Assembly: GCA_964357605.1 (NCBI GenBank)
Contig: CAYHLX010000005.1
Location: 1-61,252 of the forward strand
Origin: an uncultured Candidatus Saccharibacteria bacterium
Lineage (GTDB): Bacteria > Patescibacteriota > Minisyncoccia > Phycocordibacterales > PALSA-1337
Reading direction: 5' to 3'
Length of the DNA: 61,252 bases
In this document: positions 19,572 to 27,009 of the stretch, piece by piece
Layout of the letters: each line of letters begins with the position of its first letter
How positions within the stretch are numbered: position 1 is the stretch's first letter
Translations under genes and position numbers: made by a program
Notes under the pieces: model-generated
Databases searched by the model: none
What the model saw: the letters and a program-made list of their open reading frames with translations, nothing else
Told to the model about the DNA's origin: nothing

Positions 19572-19769
19572 TTACGCCTTTACGCTTTCAGCTAGCTTCT
19601 CAAATTCTGTTCGGTCGATTTTGCTTCCTTCTAAAGCACTAGAGTAGTATGCATGCTCAACATCCAAGGCGGTTTCAACCTTGCGTTTTTCTTGTGGACT
19701 CATGAGGTTAATCGCCTTGCGAGCGTCTCGGCCAGAGAGTATTACTTTGTTTATAAGAGTGTTTTTCAT
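19572..19769 (-). CDS. Fic inhibitory antitoxin-like protein (class I, VbhA-like)
   Basis: 65 aa; contains the S-x-x-x-E-G inhibitory helix motif (SSALEG); stop is 4 nt before the Fic start. Confidence 0.65.
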   Translation of the reverse strand: MKNTLINKVILSGRDARKAINLMSPQEKRKVETALDVEHAYYSSALEGSKIDRTEFEKLAESVKA

Positions 19770-19787
19770 GGCGTTCTATGTAGTTTC

Positions 19788-19815
19788 AGTATAGACGAAA
19801 ATGACCAATTGTCAA
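19788..19815 (-). promoter_or_regulatory. sigma70-like promoter for the antitoxin-Fic operon
   Basis: Minus-sense TTGACA - 16 nt - TATACT, about 20 nt upstream of the antitoxin ATG. Confidence 0.5.
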
Positions 19816-19852
19816 TTACAATTTCTCGAGACTTTGATATAATACAGCTATC

Positions 19853-19896
19853 GAAAAGGGTGCCGAACGGTTAACTACCTAAGGATCACCCTTTTC
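19853..19896 (-). terminator. hairpin terminator after the 122-aa gene
   Basis: 10-bp stem GAAAAGGGTG/CACCCTTTTC starting 3 nt after the stop; U-rich 3' side in minus sense. Confidence 0.5.
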
Positions 19897-19899
19897 TTT

Positions 19900-20268
19900 T
19901 TATTTACATATTTGAAGAATTATTTGGATTAGCCCTACCACAGCTCCAATAATGATAGCCGCGATTGCGATTTTCTCTGCACGTCTACCTGTTTTCTCTG
20001 CTTCCTTTAAGTTTAGATACTCGATGGCTGCTGATGTGCCTTTTGATGTAATTACAAAAAGGTGCGAGTCTTTCTCTGAGTTATAACTCAAATGATCAAT
20101 CAGATTTTCACTCGCAGGCATATTTGATCGGAAGATTTTCTGAACCCACTCTATTTGTTCAGGGGTTAAATTAAATTCTTTTGTTAAATCACCCCAACTG
20201 AAGCCAGCCTCTTGCCTGTTATATGTCCAAATTAATATTTTTATATACAAAGTATCTTGAGTTTCCAT
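19900..20268 (-). CDS. hypothetical protein with C-terminal TM anchor
   Basis: 122 aa; C-terminal IAIAAIIIGAVVGLIQIILQI helix; no recognised domain. Confidence 0.5.
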   Translation of the reverse strand: METQDTLYIKILIWTYNRQEAGFSWGDLTKEFNLTPEQIEWVQKIFRSNMPASENLIDHLSYNSEKDSHLFVITSKGTSAAIEYLNLKEAEKTGRRAEKIAIAAIIIGAVVGLIQIILQICK

Positions 20269-20437
20269 GTTCGTTCTGTTACCCCATTTCGGGGAGGGCC
20301 GAAGCCGTTGTGCTGCTAGTATACCAGAATAGTTTAGGTCAATAAAAACTTCCGTGAGGAAAAATCTTTAACCATATGATTACACCTCGACAACGAGAAA
20401 GTGACCAGATCTTGAGATAGATGTATAATCAATTTGG

Positions 20438-20458
20438 GTGTTTGTGGGGGTGAGGGAG
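20438..20458 (+). repeat. partial/degenerate copy of the island repeat
   Basis: GTGTTTGTGGGGGTGAGGGAG matches the first two thirds of R2 (with its upstream TGTT) at about 17 of 20 positions, same orientation; the 3' third is unrelated. Confidence 0.4.
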
Positions 20459-20528
20459 AGCACTTCCCAAGATTCTCGTTGCTGTGACGATGTGCATAAA
20501 CCAGCGTAAAACGAGCATCCCCACAAGC
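20440..20528 (+). ncRNA. candidate structured 5' leader (three-way junction) upstream of a NUDIX gene
   Basis: P1 20440-20449/20519-20528 (10 bp, one G-U); hairpin GGGAG-AGCA-CTTCC; long hairpin CTCGTT-GCTG...CAGC-AACGAG; TGTATAAT -10 at 20422-20429. Confidence 0.3.
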
Positions 20529-20544
20529 ATCTAATTAATTTTTT

Positions 20545-20955
20545 ATGAATTCAGATATTATTTTAAAAGCTGGCGGTATTATCATTAAGGATAAGAAGTT
20601 TGCACTTGAAAGGCATGGGGGTAAAGATGTCTATATTCTTCCAGGTGGAAAATTGGAACACGGTGAATCATTCGAGCAGGCACTCATACGCGAACTTATG
20701 GAAGAATTTGGAATTGAAGTTTTGATTAAAGATATTGAAAAGATTGGAGACTTCGAATCTCGGGCCGTACATATTCCAGATAAAAGAGTAAAAGTAACAG
20801 CTTTCATTGTTAAGAAATGGAAAAATGAAATTGTACTTGATGATGGTTTGGAAGAAATTCTCTGGGTGAATACTTTAAATATCAATGAATTCAAAGTAAG
20901 TCCAATTGTAAAAGAAATATTCCCACTACTAGTGAGCCGTGGTTTAATTGATTAA
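20545..20955 (+). CDS. NUDIX hydrolase (MutT-like)
   Basis: 136 aa; Nudix box GGKLEHGESFEQALIRELMEEFG. Confidence 0.85.
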   Translation: MNSDIILKAGGIIIKDKKFALERHGGKDVYILPGGKLEHGESFEQALIRELMEEFGIEVLIKDIEKIGDFESRAVHIPDKRVKVTAFIVKKWKNEIVLDDGLEEILWVNTLNINEFKVSPIVKEIFPLLVSRGLID

Positions 20956-20966
20956 CTCATTATGTT

Positions 20967-20993
20967 GCTGGGGGTGTGGGACGAAGTTGGAAC
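20967..20993 (+). repeat. island repeat copy R2
   Basis: GCTGGGGGTGTGGGACGAAGTTGGAAC; 19 nt before the stop of the 531-aa gene. Confidence 0.9.
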
Positions 20994-21012
20994 CTCTATT
21001 ACATACAATAAT

Positions 21013-22608
21013 CTAAAAAATACGTAGAAACCAAGATTTCATGTTTGTCCAAAAAGATTGTTTTTTCACTGGAATATTTGGCGTGACGATAGTTGAGTCT
21101 TCAGTAGGTGTGGTCGCTGATACTTTTTTCGTAGTTGATACTTTTTTTATTGACTCTATTTTTGGTTTAATTTTTACGTTATATTCATCCAAAATCTTAT
21201 CTGTTTGATCTTGAGTCAATTTATTTCGAATTAATGGCTTAATTTTATTTTTAAAATCAGAATCACCTTTATATGGAAATAGGAGCTGATCTCTTGTAAG
21301 ACCGGAAAGTTCAGACATAAGTGCAATTATTTTATTTGTATCACATTGATCTTTGGTATAACCGCAGGAATGGAACTGACTCATTCGTTTCATAAAAGTA
21401 CGCATTCCTTGATCGCCTACCTTCAGATAGAAATTTTTTATCACAATGCCTGTGTGAGTATAAAAATCATTTATATTATCTAGATTACCATTTAACCCTT
21501 CAGCGGGTACATCAAAATCAAAGTTTTTATTATAACGATCCAAAAGTTGTTTTTCAGAAAATCGTTGAAATAGTTCCTGCCAAACCCAAGGCGAACCGTC
21601 CGGACCAGGAGAAATATAATATTCAGTATCACCGAGGTATTTTTCACCCAAGGTCTGTGCCGCAAAAACTGACATTCCTTCGTCAAACCAAGGTGCAAAT
21701 TTTTCCTCTTTATTATAAGTGTTTCTGTAAACTATTGAGTGAGTTATTTCATGGATAATCATCTCACCAAAGGTAATATCACTAGCTTCCGAAGTGAAAT
21801 TAGTGGGATCAATGATAAAGATATTGTCACTTCTTCGAAATGCACCCACTTCAGAAAAGAAATGTCCCTTACCAGAAAAATCAGCCACAATGAGATATAT
21901 ACGATCGAGATCAAAAACTCCTAACATTTGTCGCATCGAATCAGGCAAAAATTTAAGATTACCCGCAATTCGTTTAAGTCTATCGACTTGTGAAGGTTTT
22001 CCAATAATCGTAAACATTCCAACGTCTGATCTAATATAATCAGCCGGTAATGGTTTACGTAAAAAATTTACCTCAATCAGTCCGTTATGCTTATCTGCAT
22101 ATTCAATATGAATTGGATTAACACCTGTATATGTTGGATTACTGCTTATTAGTTCGAGATTTGCAGGATACGAAAGGTCAAGCGCCGGTTTTATGAGAAA
22201 GATCTCATCGAGTACAGGAGAAAAATCATACCCAATAAATACAGGTGAAACAAACGCCGGGGGAACGTTATATTTTACATGCATACTCTGAACCCCCATA
22301 TAATCTTTGTTGAATTTTAGATTATATTTTAAATTCCCTTTACTTGTAACGATTGCTGGACCACTATTATCGTAAGCATTTAAAAATGAATAATTTATTC
22401 CCATGATACCTACATCATTAGGGATAATATAATCAATATTATTATATTGATTCGTATCGAGCGGTAAAGAATGGTCAACCAGGGCACTCAAATCCGCATT
22501 TATTTGACCTGAAATCACTTGGGTAGTCTGGGCATGCGAAATAGAAAATAAAAATACTTGACAACAAATACCTACTAATACCACAAGTACGGTTTTTTTA
22601 TAGTTCAT
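21013..22608 (-). CDS. secreted HExxH zinc-metallopeptidase-like protein
   Basis: 531 aa; signal peptide ending SHAQT; HEITH motif (MIIHEITHSIVY); no other recognised domain. Confidence 0.55.
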   Translation of the reverse strand: MNYKKTVLVVLVGICCQVFLFSISHAQTTQVISGQINADLSALVDHSLPLDTNQYNNIDYIIPNDVGIMGINYSFLNAYDNSGPAIVTSKGNLKYNLKFNKDYMGVQSMHVKYNVPPAFVSPVFIGYDFSPVLDEIFLIKPALDLSYPANLELISSNPTYTGVNPIHIEYADKHNGLIEVNFLRKPLPADYIRSDVGMFTIIGKPSQVDRLKRIAGNLKFLPDSMRQMLGVFDLDRIYLIVADFSGKGHFFSEVGAFRRSDNIFIIDPTNFTSEASDITFGEMIIHEITHSIVYRNTYNKEEKFAPWFDEGMSVFAAQTLGEKYLGDTEYYISPGPDGSPWVWQELFQRFSEKQLLDRYNKNFDFDVPAEGLNGNLDNINDFYTHTGIVIKNFYLKVGDQGMRTFMKRMSQFHSCGYTKDQCDTNKIIALMSELSGLTRDQLLFPYKGDSDFKNKIKPLIRNKLTQDQTDKILDEYNVKIKPKIESIKKVSTTKKVSATTPTEDSTIVTPNIPVKKQSFWTNMKSWFLRIF

Positions 22609-22705
22609 AGCAAATACTAACTAAATGATTACCAAAACTATATCATAAACATATCCTGACACATAACCTAGTTATCAACCGTTCCTTTGAATAAAAATAT
22701 CATTA

Positions 22706-22732
22706 GCTGGGGATGTGGGACGAGGTTGGAAC
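22706..22732 (+). repeat. island repeat copy R3
   Basis: GCTGGGGATGTGGGACGAGGTTGGAAC; 55 nt before the stop of the 390-aa gene. Confidence 0.9.
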
Positions 22733-22787
22733 CTTTTTACAGCATACATTATTAGATTAGCAGGAAGACAAAGATTGCGCTGTTTTA

Positions 22788-23960
22788 CTAATAACAAGAG
22801 ACGGTATAGTAGCCACGAGCACCACTCATTGGACCCATAGTACAATTAGTCGTCTTTGGGATTTGAATTTGAGGATACATAACGGGTTGATAAGTAGACA
22901 CGGAGTTATTTTGACTAGCATTTTTATATGCATTTATTTGTGGTAAATAATATGCGTCTAACGCTTGAGTCATTTTTGCCATTGCTTCTGACATTTCCAA
23001 CTGATTCTTTTCTGTTTTAGATACAAAGTCATTGTAAATCTTTGTAATTACCGTTTTATTTTGTTCGATATTATCACCGTGTTTTTTTAATTTATTAAAT
23101 TGAGCCAAATACTGTTCCGCACTCACAGATCCAGAAAGTGACCTGTCATTTTTTTCCTTTCGTAGCGCCACAATCACATTCTCTTGATCATTGACGGCCA
23201 TAGTAAATGTGTCTCTGTAGGTATTATTAGTCTTAATCGCTGTATCCACGTATGCAGAAATGAACAAATCCATGGCTTGTGTAAGATGTGATGGAAGTGT
23301 TCCTCCATCTCTAGCAGCTATAGCTAATGACCTTGCTTTCTCGAAATTAGCTCCGTAAAAATCAGTTGATTTTCTCATTTCATTGAAGTAATTTTTATTC
23401 GCTTCTAAACCACTTATCAGGACATCAATGTAATTATCCAAACCTGATAGATTTAGATCTTTATTCGAAGCTGAGGTAGTATCGGATTCAAAGGTTGTCT
23501 CTATTTGAGTCGTTTGATTTGCCTCTGTGGGCTTCTCCGACAAGATTGATTTGTTTATAAAACCCTTTAGACCATTTGAGGTCATGTGCTCTAACCATTC
23601 TGGTAAATCGGCTAATTTATATGTCACTTCTCCTTGTACCGTAATTTCTGTATTTTTATGATGATAGTACCCAATGACATCGCAACCTGTAGTAGAAGCA
23701 CAAGCTCTAATTCTTACATTATCGTACTTAGTATAAAATTTAGTAATTATCGGAGTTGTCGTTGGAGTATTCAATTTACTCTCAAGCTCTTGTATTCTTT
23801 TCTCTAATACCTCAGTCTTTGTATCAGCCTTATGAAAAATACCCCATGTAAAAGGATTCCACCACGCTGCAAACGTAACCTGAGGAACGATAAAGATGGC
23901 TAAGATTATAACGAATATGAATTTTTGGGGAAACTTATTCATAAGATTATTATAAGGCAT
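22788..23960 (-). CDS. secreted/anchored protein with coiled coil and SH3b-like segment
   Basis: 390 aa; N-terminal TM/signal; VRIRACASTTGCDVIGYY...GFINKSIL resembles SH3b (weak); C-terminal Cys pair. Confidence 0.45.
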   Translation of the reverse strand: MPYNNLMNKFPQKFIFVIILAIFIVPQVTFAAWWNPFTWGIFHKADTKTEVLEKRIQELESKLNTPTTTPIITKFYTKYDNVRIRACASTTGCDVIGYYHHKNTEITVQGEVTYKLADLPEWLEHMTSNGLKGFINKSILSEKPTEANQTTQIETTFESDTTSASNKDLNLSGLDNYIDVLISGLEANKNYFNEMRKSTDFYGANFEKARSLAIAARDGGTLPSHLTQAMDLFISAYVDTAIKTNNTYRDTFTMAVNDQENVIVALRKEKNDRSLSGSVSAEQYLAQFNKLKKHGDNIEQNKTVITKIYNDFVSKTEKNQLEMSEAMAKMTQALDAYYLPQINAYKNASQNNSVSTYQPVMYPQIQIPKTTNCTMGPMSGARGYYTVSCY

Positions 23961-24020
23961 TATATCAATAAAATAACAACAAGACGATACCTTTCGAAGG
24001 CAGTAACTTATCTCGGATTA

Positions 24021-24047
24021 ATTGGGGGTGTGGGACGAGGTTGGAAC
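24021..24047 (+). repeat. island repeat copy R4
   Basis: ATTGGGGGTGTGGGACGAGGTTGGAAC (first two bases diverge); 17 nt before the stop of the 118-aa gene. Confidence 0.85.
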
Positions 24048-24064
24048 TTACACTCCTTCACAAA

Positions 24065-24421
24065 TTAACTATTAAACACCTTTTCAAGAAAATTAACATT
24101 GAGTATAACTAGATCCATTATGATCTCGTTAATAATAAAATAAAAAATCGCATATGTTAAACTGAGAGATAATAAATATATCAGACTGCCTCTAACGTTT
24201 TTATTGAATACCCAAAATAATAATGTATTCACTTTTAAAAACGTAAATACATATAGAACTGTGGAGTTCACTAAACTAAATATTGATGTATAAACACTCG
24301 GGTAAAAATAGCTTAGGTACATACTTAGACCAGTTATCACTAGGATTTCCGTAAACTTGATCCACTCTGAAATTATCGTGTTAGTTTTTTTACTGTTTAA
24401 TATTTCTTGAAGTCTTTCCAT
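24065..24421 (-). CDS. small integral membrane protein
   Basis: 118 aa; 3-4 hydrophobic helices; no recognised domain. Confidence 0.5.
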   Translation of the reverse strand: MERLQEILNSKKTNTIISEWIKFTEILVITGLSMYLSYFYPSVYTSIFSLVNSTVLYVFTFLKVNTLLFWVFNKNVRGSLIYLLSLSLTYAIFYFIINEIIMDLVILNVNFLEKVFNS

Positions 24422-24445
24422 ATTTTATTACGAACTAATTTGCTA

Positions 24446-24471
24446 GCTGGGGTGTGGGACGAAATTGGAAC
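24446..24471 (+). repeat. island repeat copy R5
   Basis: GCTGGGGTGTGGGACGAAATTGGAAC; 7 nt before the stop of the 96-aa gene. Confidence 0.9.
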
Positions 24472-24478
24472 TAGTTTA

Positions 24479-24769
24479 TTAACGATGTGATCCAAACCAA
24501 TCCCATGCTTGTTTAGGTAACCATCCTTGCTGATTTTTTGGATTTACTTCCATTATAATAATGTGCCTGCTACCAGTATGTTTTATTAAAACGTTATAAA
24601 GTTGGTTTACTTCGTATACAGATTCAACAAAATATAAACCTCCAGGTATATAGTGCCACCACGTCGTTATCCAACCAACTTTATACATGGATTTAATATA
24701 ATTATGAAACAAACCCAAATCAAATGGGAGTGTCGTATCTGGCATAATCATGTAAATTTTATTAGTCAT
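24479..24769 (-). CDS. hypothetical protein (W/Y-rich, 96 aa)
   Basis: ORF overlaps the upstream gene by 8 nt (operon arrangement); no recognised domain. Confidence 0.5.
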   Translation of the reverse strand: MTNKIYMIMPDTTLPFDLGLFHNYIKSMYKVGWITTWWHYIPGGLYFVESVYEVNQLYNVLIKHTGSRHIIIMEVNPKNQQGWLPKQAWDWFGSHR

Positions 24770-25184
24770 TGTTTCCTTCTAAAGATTTAGGCGGTATTTC
24801 AGGAGTTTCTGTCTTTTTTGGACTTGCTAGTGCTGGATTATTTTCACTTACAATTTTTTGAATTTCTGTGAATGTATGTCCTTGATCACCTATAACTTCT
24901 AACGCCTTCATACGATAAATCTGATCTTCTGATTGAAGGTCCTTATGATCTCCAAAAAGCAATATTCCCAAAAAAGTCAATATAAAAACCAAGAATAATG
25001 CTCCAATTATAAACATTAGAAATATTATCGCTGTCATGTTTCCAGTAAGAACAATTAATATAAATGTACCGAGCAGATATGGTGCAATAAATAAAATAGA
25101 ACTAAATACACTACTAATACGTATTTGTTTGACCATCTCCGAAGCAGATTTTATGGGGTCAAATGTTGGTTTCATAAAATACAC
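24762..25184 (-). CDS. membrane protein (2 TM helices) with charged C-terminal tail
   Basis: 140 aa; starts 2 nt after the stop of the upstream 267-aa gene. Confidence 0.5.
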   Translation of the reverse strand: MYFMKPTFDPIKSASEMVKQIRISSVFSSILFIAPYLLGTFILIVLTGNMTAIIFLMFIIGALFLVFILTFLGILLFGDHKDLQSEDQIYRMKALEVIGDQGHTFTEIQKIVSENNPALASPKKTETPEIPPKSLEGNND

Positions 25185-25186
25185 AA

Positions 25187-25990
25187 TTACTGAGGAATGC
25201 AGGAGTTATCAACTTCTCTATATCCGCTATTACAATACCAGTTTGAACCGTAAACATATGAGTTTTGGGGATTCATGATTTTTTCACAAGAGTTACCGAC
25301 TTCTTTGTATCCAGAGTTACAATACCAGTTGGATCCGTATACATAAGAATTTGGTGGACTCATAATTTGCTGACATGTATTTCCAACTTCCTTATATCCA
25401 GAATTGCAATACCAATTTGAACCATACACGTAAGAATTTGCAGGATTTATTACTTTTTCACACGAGTTGCCAACTTCTTTGTATCCACTATTACAATACC
25501 AGCTGGACCCATACACATATGAATTCGCGGGAGCAATAATTTTTTCACAACCGCTTCCCACTTGTTTGTATCCTGAATTACAATACCAACTTGAGCCATA
25601 AACGTAGGCGTTTGCTGGAGCTGTTACTTGAGTCTTAACAGAGTTAGTCCTCACAGAAGAACCAGACGATCCTGATTCATACAAAGCCTTTCCTTCATAA
25701 TAGTTTGGATCTGTTATATATGTTGGTGTATCCCAAGTTGTTCCTCTTGTACCATATGTTTTGTTGTATAATCCTTGGCTAGGTGTGTAACTATAGTTAT
25801 CATACTTCAAACCATTTGGGTTACTCCTAACATAAGGAGCAACATAAGTACCATTTTTCCTGTAATATCCCTCAACACTCACATAAGCATCAGCGTGATT
25901 AAAAACTCCAATAGAAACAAACAACACGATTAGAATCAGGGAAAACTTGAGATATTTTTTTAGAGTGTTCATAATGCCTAGACTATACAA
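25187..25990 (-). CDS. secreted cysteine-repeat protein (5 x 29-aa modules)
   Basis: 267 aa; signal peptide ending HADA; five tandem modules P-A-N-S-Y-V-Y-G-S-x-W-Y-C-N-S-G-Y-K-E-V-G-N-x-C. Confidence 0.65.
   Translation of the reverse strand: MYSLGIMNTLKKYLKFSLILIVLFVSIGVFNHADAYVSVEGYYRKNGTYVAPYVRSNPNGLKYDNYSYTPSQGLYNKTYGTRGTTWDTPTYITDPNYYEGKALYESGSSGSSVRTNSVKTQVTAPANAYVYGSSWYCNSGYKQVGSGCEKIIAPANSYVYGSSWYCNSGYKEVGNSCEKVINPANSYVYGSNWYCNSGYKEVGNTCQQIMSPPNSYVYGSNWYCNSGYKEVGNSCEKIMNPQNSYVYGSNWYCNSGYREVDNSCIPQ
25190..25621 (-). repeat. 87-bp tandem coding repeat, 5 copies
   Basis: Encodes residues 124-267 of the 267-aa protein; copies differ at a few positions (S/N, K/R, E/Q). Confidence 0.8.
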
Positions 25991-26019
25991 TAATTTCTTT
26001 ACTTTTACAATAAGAAGAT

Positions 26020-26943
26020 GTGGTGTATCCTACGTTCATGAAAGATCTTATAGATGGTCTAAATACTCGCTACAACATTTGTGCTCAAACGACATCTGAG
26101 AGAGAGTTTTATTTACTCCTTTACTATTATTTTGACTATATTATAAAAACACCTGAATTACACTCAGTCTTTGAACAAAGTGAACATGAATATCATCAAG
26201 CTCACGGGAAACTATGGTCTAAACCACGTTTAACTGATGAAGAAGCTGATATCGCTGAAGCAAAAACAATAAAACTTGAGAAGTTTAATTTGTTTTCGGT
26301 TGGTGCTTGGATACATGGAAGAATATATCTTCCAGTTGATGATTATAGAAATACTGACGACCCAGATTATAGACAAGATCCTGTTGCTGTAATTTTATTA
26401 AAAGGATATGACTATACAAAAACTTTACAATGGAGATTTCCAGAAATAACAGAAAGACTTAGGGTCTTAAATAGATGGTTTGAAGGCAAAAGAGATAGAT
26501 ACGAAAAAGATTTACGCCAGTTTCATTTAATGTTTTTAGATGAACTGGATAAAATTAAAGTTGGAGAAAAGCCTCTTGTAAGCATAGAAAAAAACTATTC
26601 TACCCCTTTCTCTTTTAATGAACGTACTGGTGATTTTACTTTTTTAAAGACTAAGGGAAATATTTCCCCCGGGAGTCAGGAGTACAAGGTTTTTATTACT
26701 TTATACAATGGAAATGAATACATGGCTGAATATTTAGATATTCTAAAATCAATTTCTCCAAATATCGAGTCAGTTACTAAAGTTAATAAGGCTACTTTGC
26801 ACACCATAATTAGAAACGTAAAAGAAAAACTTGGAATCCTACCAGAGACTGAGGCATCAAATCCAGATATAATAAGAAACATACCAAAATTAGGATATCG
26901 CCTTGTTTTTGAACATATAAATCAGAGAGCAGAACAAGCCTAG
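26020..26943 (+). CDS. OmpR/PhoB-type winged-helix DNA-binding protein (no receiver domain)
   Basis: 307 aa; C-terminal LHTIIRNVKEKLG...IRNIPKLGYRLVF matches the trans_reg_C pattern; GTG start at 26020 or ATG at 26038. Confidence 0.55.
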   Translation: MVYPTFMKDLIDGLNTRYNICAQTTSEREFYLLLYYYFDYIIKTPELHSVFEQSEHEYHQAHGKLWSKPRLTDEEADIAEAKTIKLEKFNLFSVGAWIHGRIYLPVDDYRNTDDPDYRQDPVAVILLKGYDYTKTLQWRFPEITERLRVLNRWFEGKRDRYEKDLRQFHLMFLDELDKIKVGEKPLVSIEKNYSTPFSFNERTGDFTFLKTKGNISPGSQEYKVFITLYNGNEYMAEYLDILKSISPNIESVTKVNKATLHTIIRNVKEKLGILPETEASNPDIIRNIPKLGYRLVFEHINQRAEQA

Positions 26944-26984
26944 AACTTTTCCATACCATTCAAATCAATAAAAAGTAAAAATGA

Positions 26985-27009
26985 CCTCGTTGACTGCGAG
27001 GATTTTTTT
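26985..27009 (+). terminator. intrinsic terminator
   Basis: CCTCG-TTGACTG-CGAGG hairpin followed by ATTTTTTT. Confidence 0.6.

Noticed and set aside
18303-24471. Possible CRISPR array, because the repeat is 26-28 nt and ends in GTTGGAAC
   Set aside because: The intervals are 0.4-2.6 kb and hold full protein-coding genes. There are no cas genes in the window, and the repeats have small indels. This is not a CRISPR array.
18303-24471. Classical integron (attC sites)
   Set aside because: There is no tyrosine integrase (IntI). The repeats lack the imperfect palindrome (R''-L''/L'-R') structure and the 57-141 bp length of attC. Only the topology is integron-like.
25190-25621. Diversity-generating retroelement variable/template repeats
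   Set aside because: There is no reverse transcriptase gene in the window and no separate template repeat with adenine-specific mismatches. The copies are ordinary in-frame tandem repeats.
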